A DNA stretch of 16,000 bases. It comes from Hydromonas sp. Lineage in GTDB: Bacteria > Pseudomonadota > Gammaproteobacteria > Burkholderiales > Burkholderiaceae. Shown here piece by piece: positions 15,255 to 16,000 of the stretch. The notes below the pieces were generated by a model. It was not told the DNA's origin, did no database searches, and saw only the letters and a list, made by a program, of their open reading frames with translations. The stretch's first letter is position 1. The number at the start of each line of letters is the position of its first letter. The position numbers were made by a program, and so were the translations under genes. The stretch lies in contig JAFEII010000030.1 of assembly GCA_017495165.1 (NCBI GenBank), positions 86,190 to 102,189 on the forward strand. Reading direction: 5' to 3'.

Positions 15255-16000
15255 TGATTTTGCAAGCAAAACAGTTGTCGATTCAGTACGGCGGTTCAAT
15301 GCTCGTTGAGCCATTTGATTGGACAGTTAACGCGGGCGAGAAATGGGCGATTCTGGGCGCAAATGGCGCGGGCAAATCAAGCCTTCTTCGCACGATTTGC
15401 GGCATGGAGACCGATCAGTACGAATCAGTTCTGTTTAATGAACAACCTCTAAAATCATTGTCGCCGCGAGCGCAAGCCGCGCATAGATTGTGGGTGCCGC
15501 AACGTTATGATGAGCCATTTAATATCACGGTTTGGCAGGCATTAAGCAGCTTGAATCAGGGCCGTTCAGAGGCACATTTGCAAGCGAGTCTTGAGGCGTT
15601 TGGCTTGCTAAAAATGCAAAATCATTGGGTGCATCAGCTTTCAGGTGGCGAGCGCCAGCGCTTAACATGGGCGATGGCGCACGCACATCAGCAACCGAGT
15701 ACGCAATTATGGTTGCTTGATGAGCCATTTGCAGCGCAAGATTTGGCGTGGCAAGTGCGTTTGTTGCGTTATTTAAAAGCGTTGCCGTGCGCGGCCGTCG
15801 CCGCCGTACATGATGTGAATCAAGTAGCCGACTTCGCCAGCCACGTGTTGATGCTCATTCCCAATGCAAACGGCGTGCACCGTGTCATGACAGGTGAAAT
15901 TGCGCAAATGATGCGCGCAGAGCAGCTCGAAGACGTGTACGGCGTGCCGTTTCATGCAATGCGCAGCGAGGATGGACGGTTTGGATGGTGGCGGATTTGA
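15254..16000 (+). CDS. btuD: ABC transporter ATP-binding protein (BtuD-like)
   Basis: Walker A (GANGAGKSS), ABC signature (LSGGERQR) and Walker B (LWLLDEP) are present. ATG 15254 overlaps the permease TGA by 1 nt, and GTG 15251 is an alternative start. The stop falls at the window end. Confidence 0.82.
   Translation: MILQAKQLSIQYGGSMLVEPFDWTVNAGEKWAILGANGAGKSSLLRTICGMETDQYESVLFNEQPLKSLSPRAQAAHRLWVPQRYDEPFNITVWQALSSLNQGRSEAHLQASLEAFGLLKMQNHWVHQLSGGERQRLTWAMAHAHQQPSTQLWLLDEPFAAQDLAWQVRLLRYLKALPCAAVAAVHDVNQVADFASHVLMLIPNANGVHRVMTGEIAQMMRAEQLEDVYGVPFHAMRSEDGRFGWWRI

Noticed and set aside
1-16000. The whole window was scanned for CRISPR arrays, tRNA/rRNA genes, IS transposases, integrases and phage genes.
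   Set aside because: No regularly spaced repeats of 28-37 bp were seen, nor any tRNA-like cloverleaf candidates in the intergenic DNA. No ORF carries transposase, integrase or phage hallmarks.

Overview
The window reads as an ordinary chromosomal segment of a roughly 50% GC (by eye) beta- or gamma-proteobacterium, with 16 confident genes. On the + strand: uvrC, a stand-alone RelA/SpoT-domain gene, pgsA, hemW, an orphan DUF1796-like gene, cytochrome b562 and b561 genes, an OmpR-family response regulator with a QseC/PmrB-like histidine kinase, and a ZIP-like transporter. On the - strand: an MFS transporter and a zapB-like/zapA pair. Back on the + strand: a cobalamin riboswitch followed by a btuB-btuC-btuD-like B12 uptake operon. 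I found no rRNA, tRNA, CRISPR array, transposase or integrase.

The best candidate for something new is the 348-aa RelA/SpoT-homologue gene at 1989-3035. It sits inside the normally contiguous uvrC-pgsA junction and overlaps both neighbours. It has intact synthetase motifs, no hydrolase or regulatory domains, no partner antitoxin ORF, and a C-terminal domain of about 150 aa with a YxxY motif near its end. That architecture resembles CapRel-type fused toxin-antitoxin phage-defence proteins.

Secondary observations:
- A cobalamin riboswitch whose conserved 5' core and 3' B12-box half are separated by about 200 nt of AT-rich insert.
- A b562/b561/two-component/ZIP cluster with a PmrA-box-like direct repeat upstream.
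- A phased TTAAAG repeat array in the pgsA-hemW spacer.

All functional calls come from motif recognition by eye. No database search was run.
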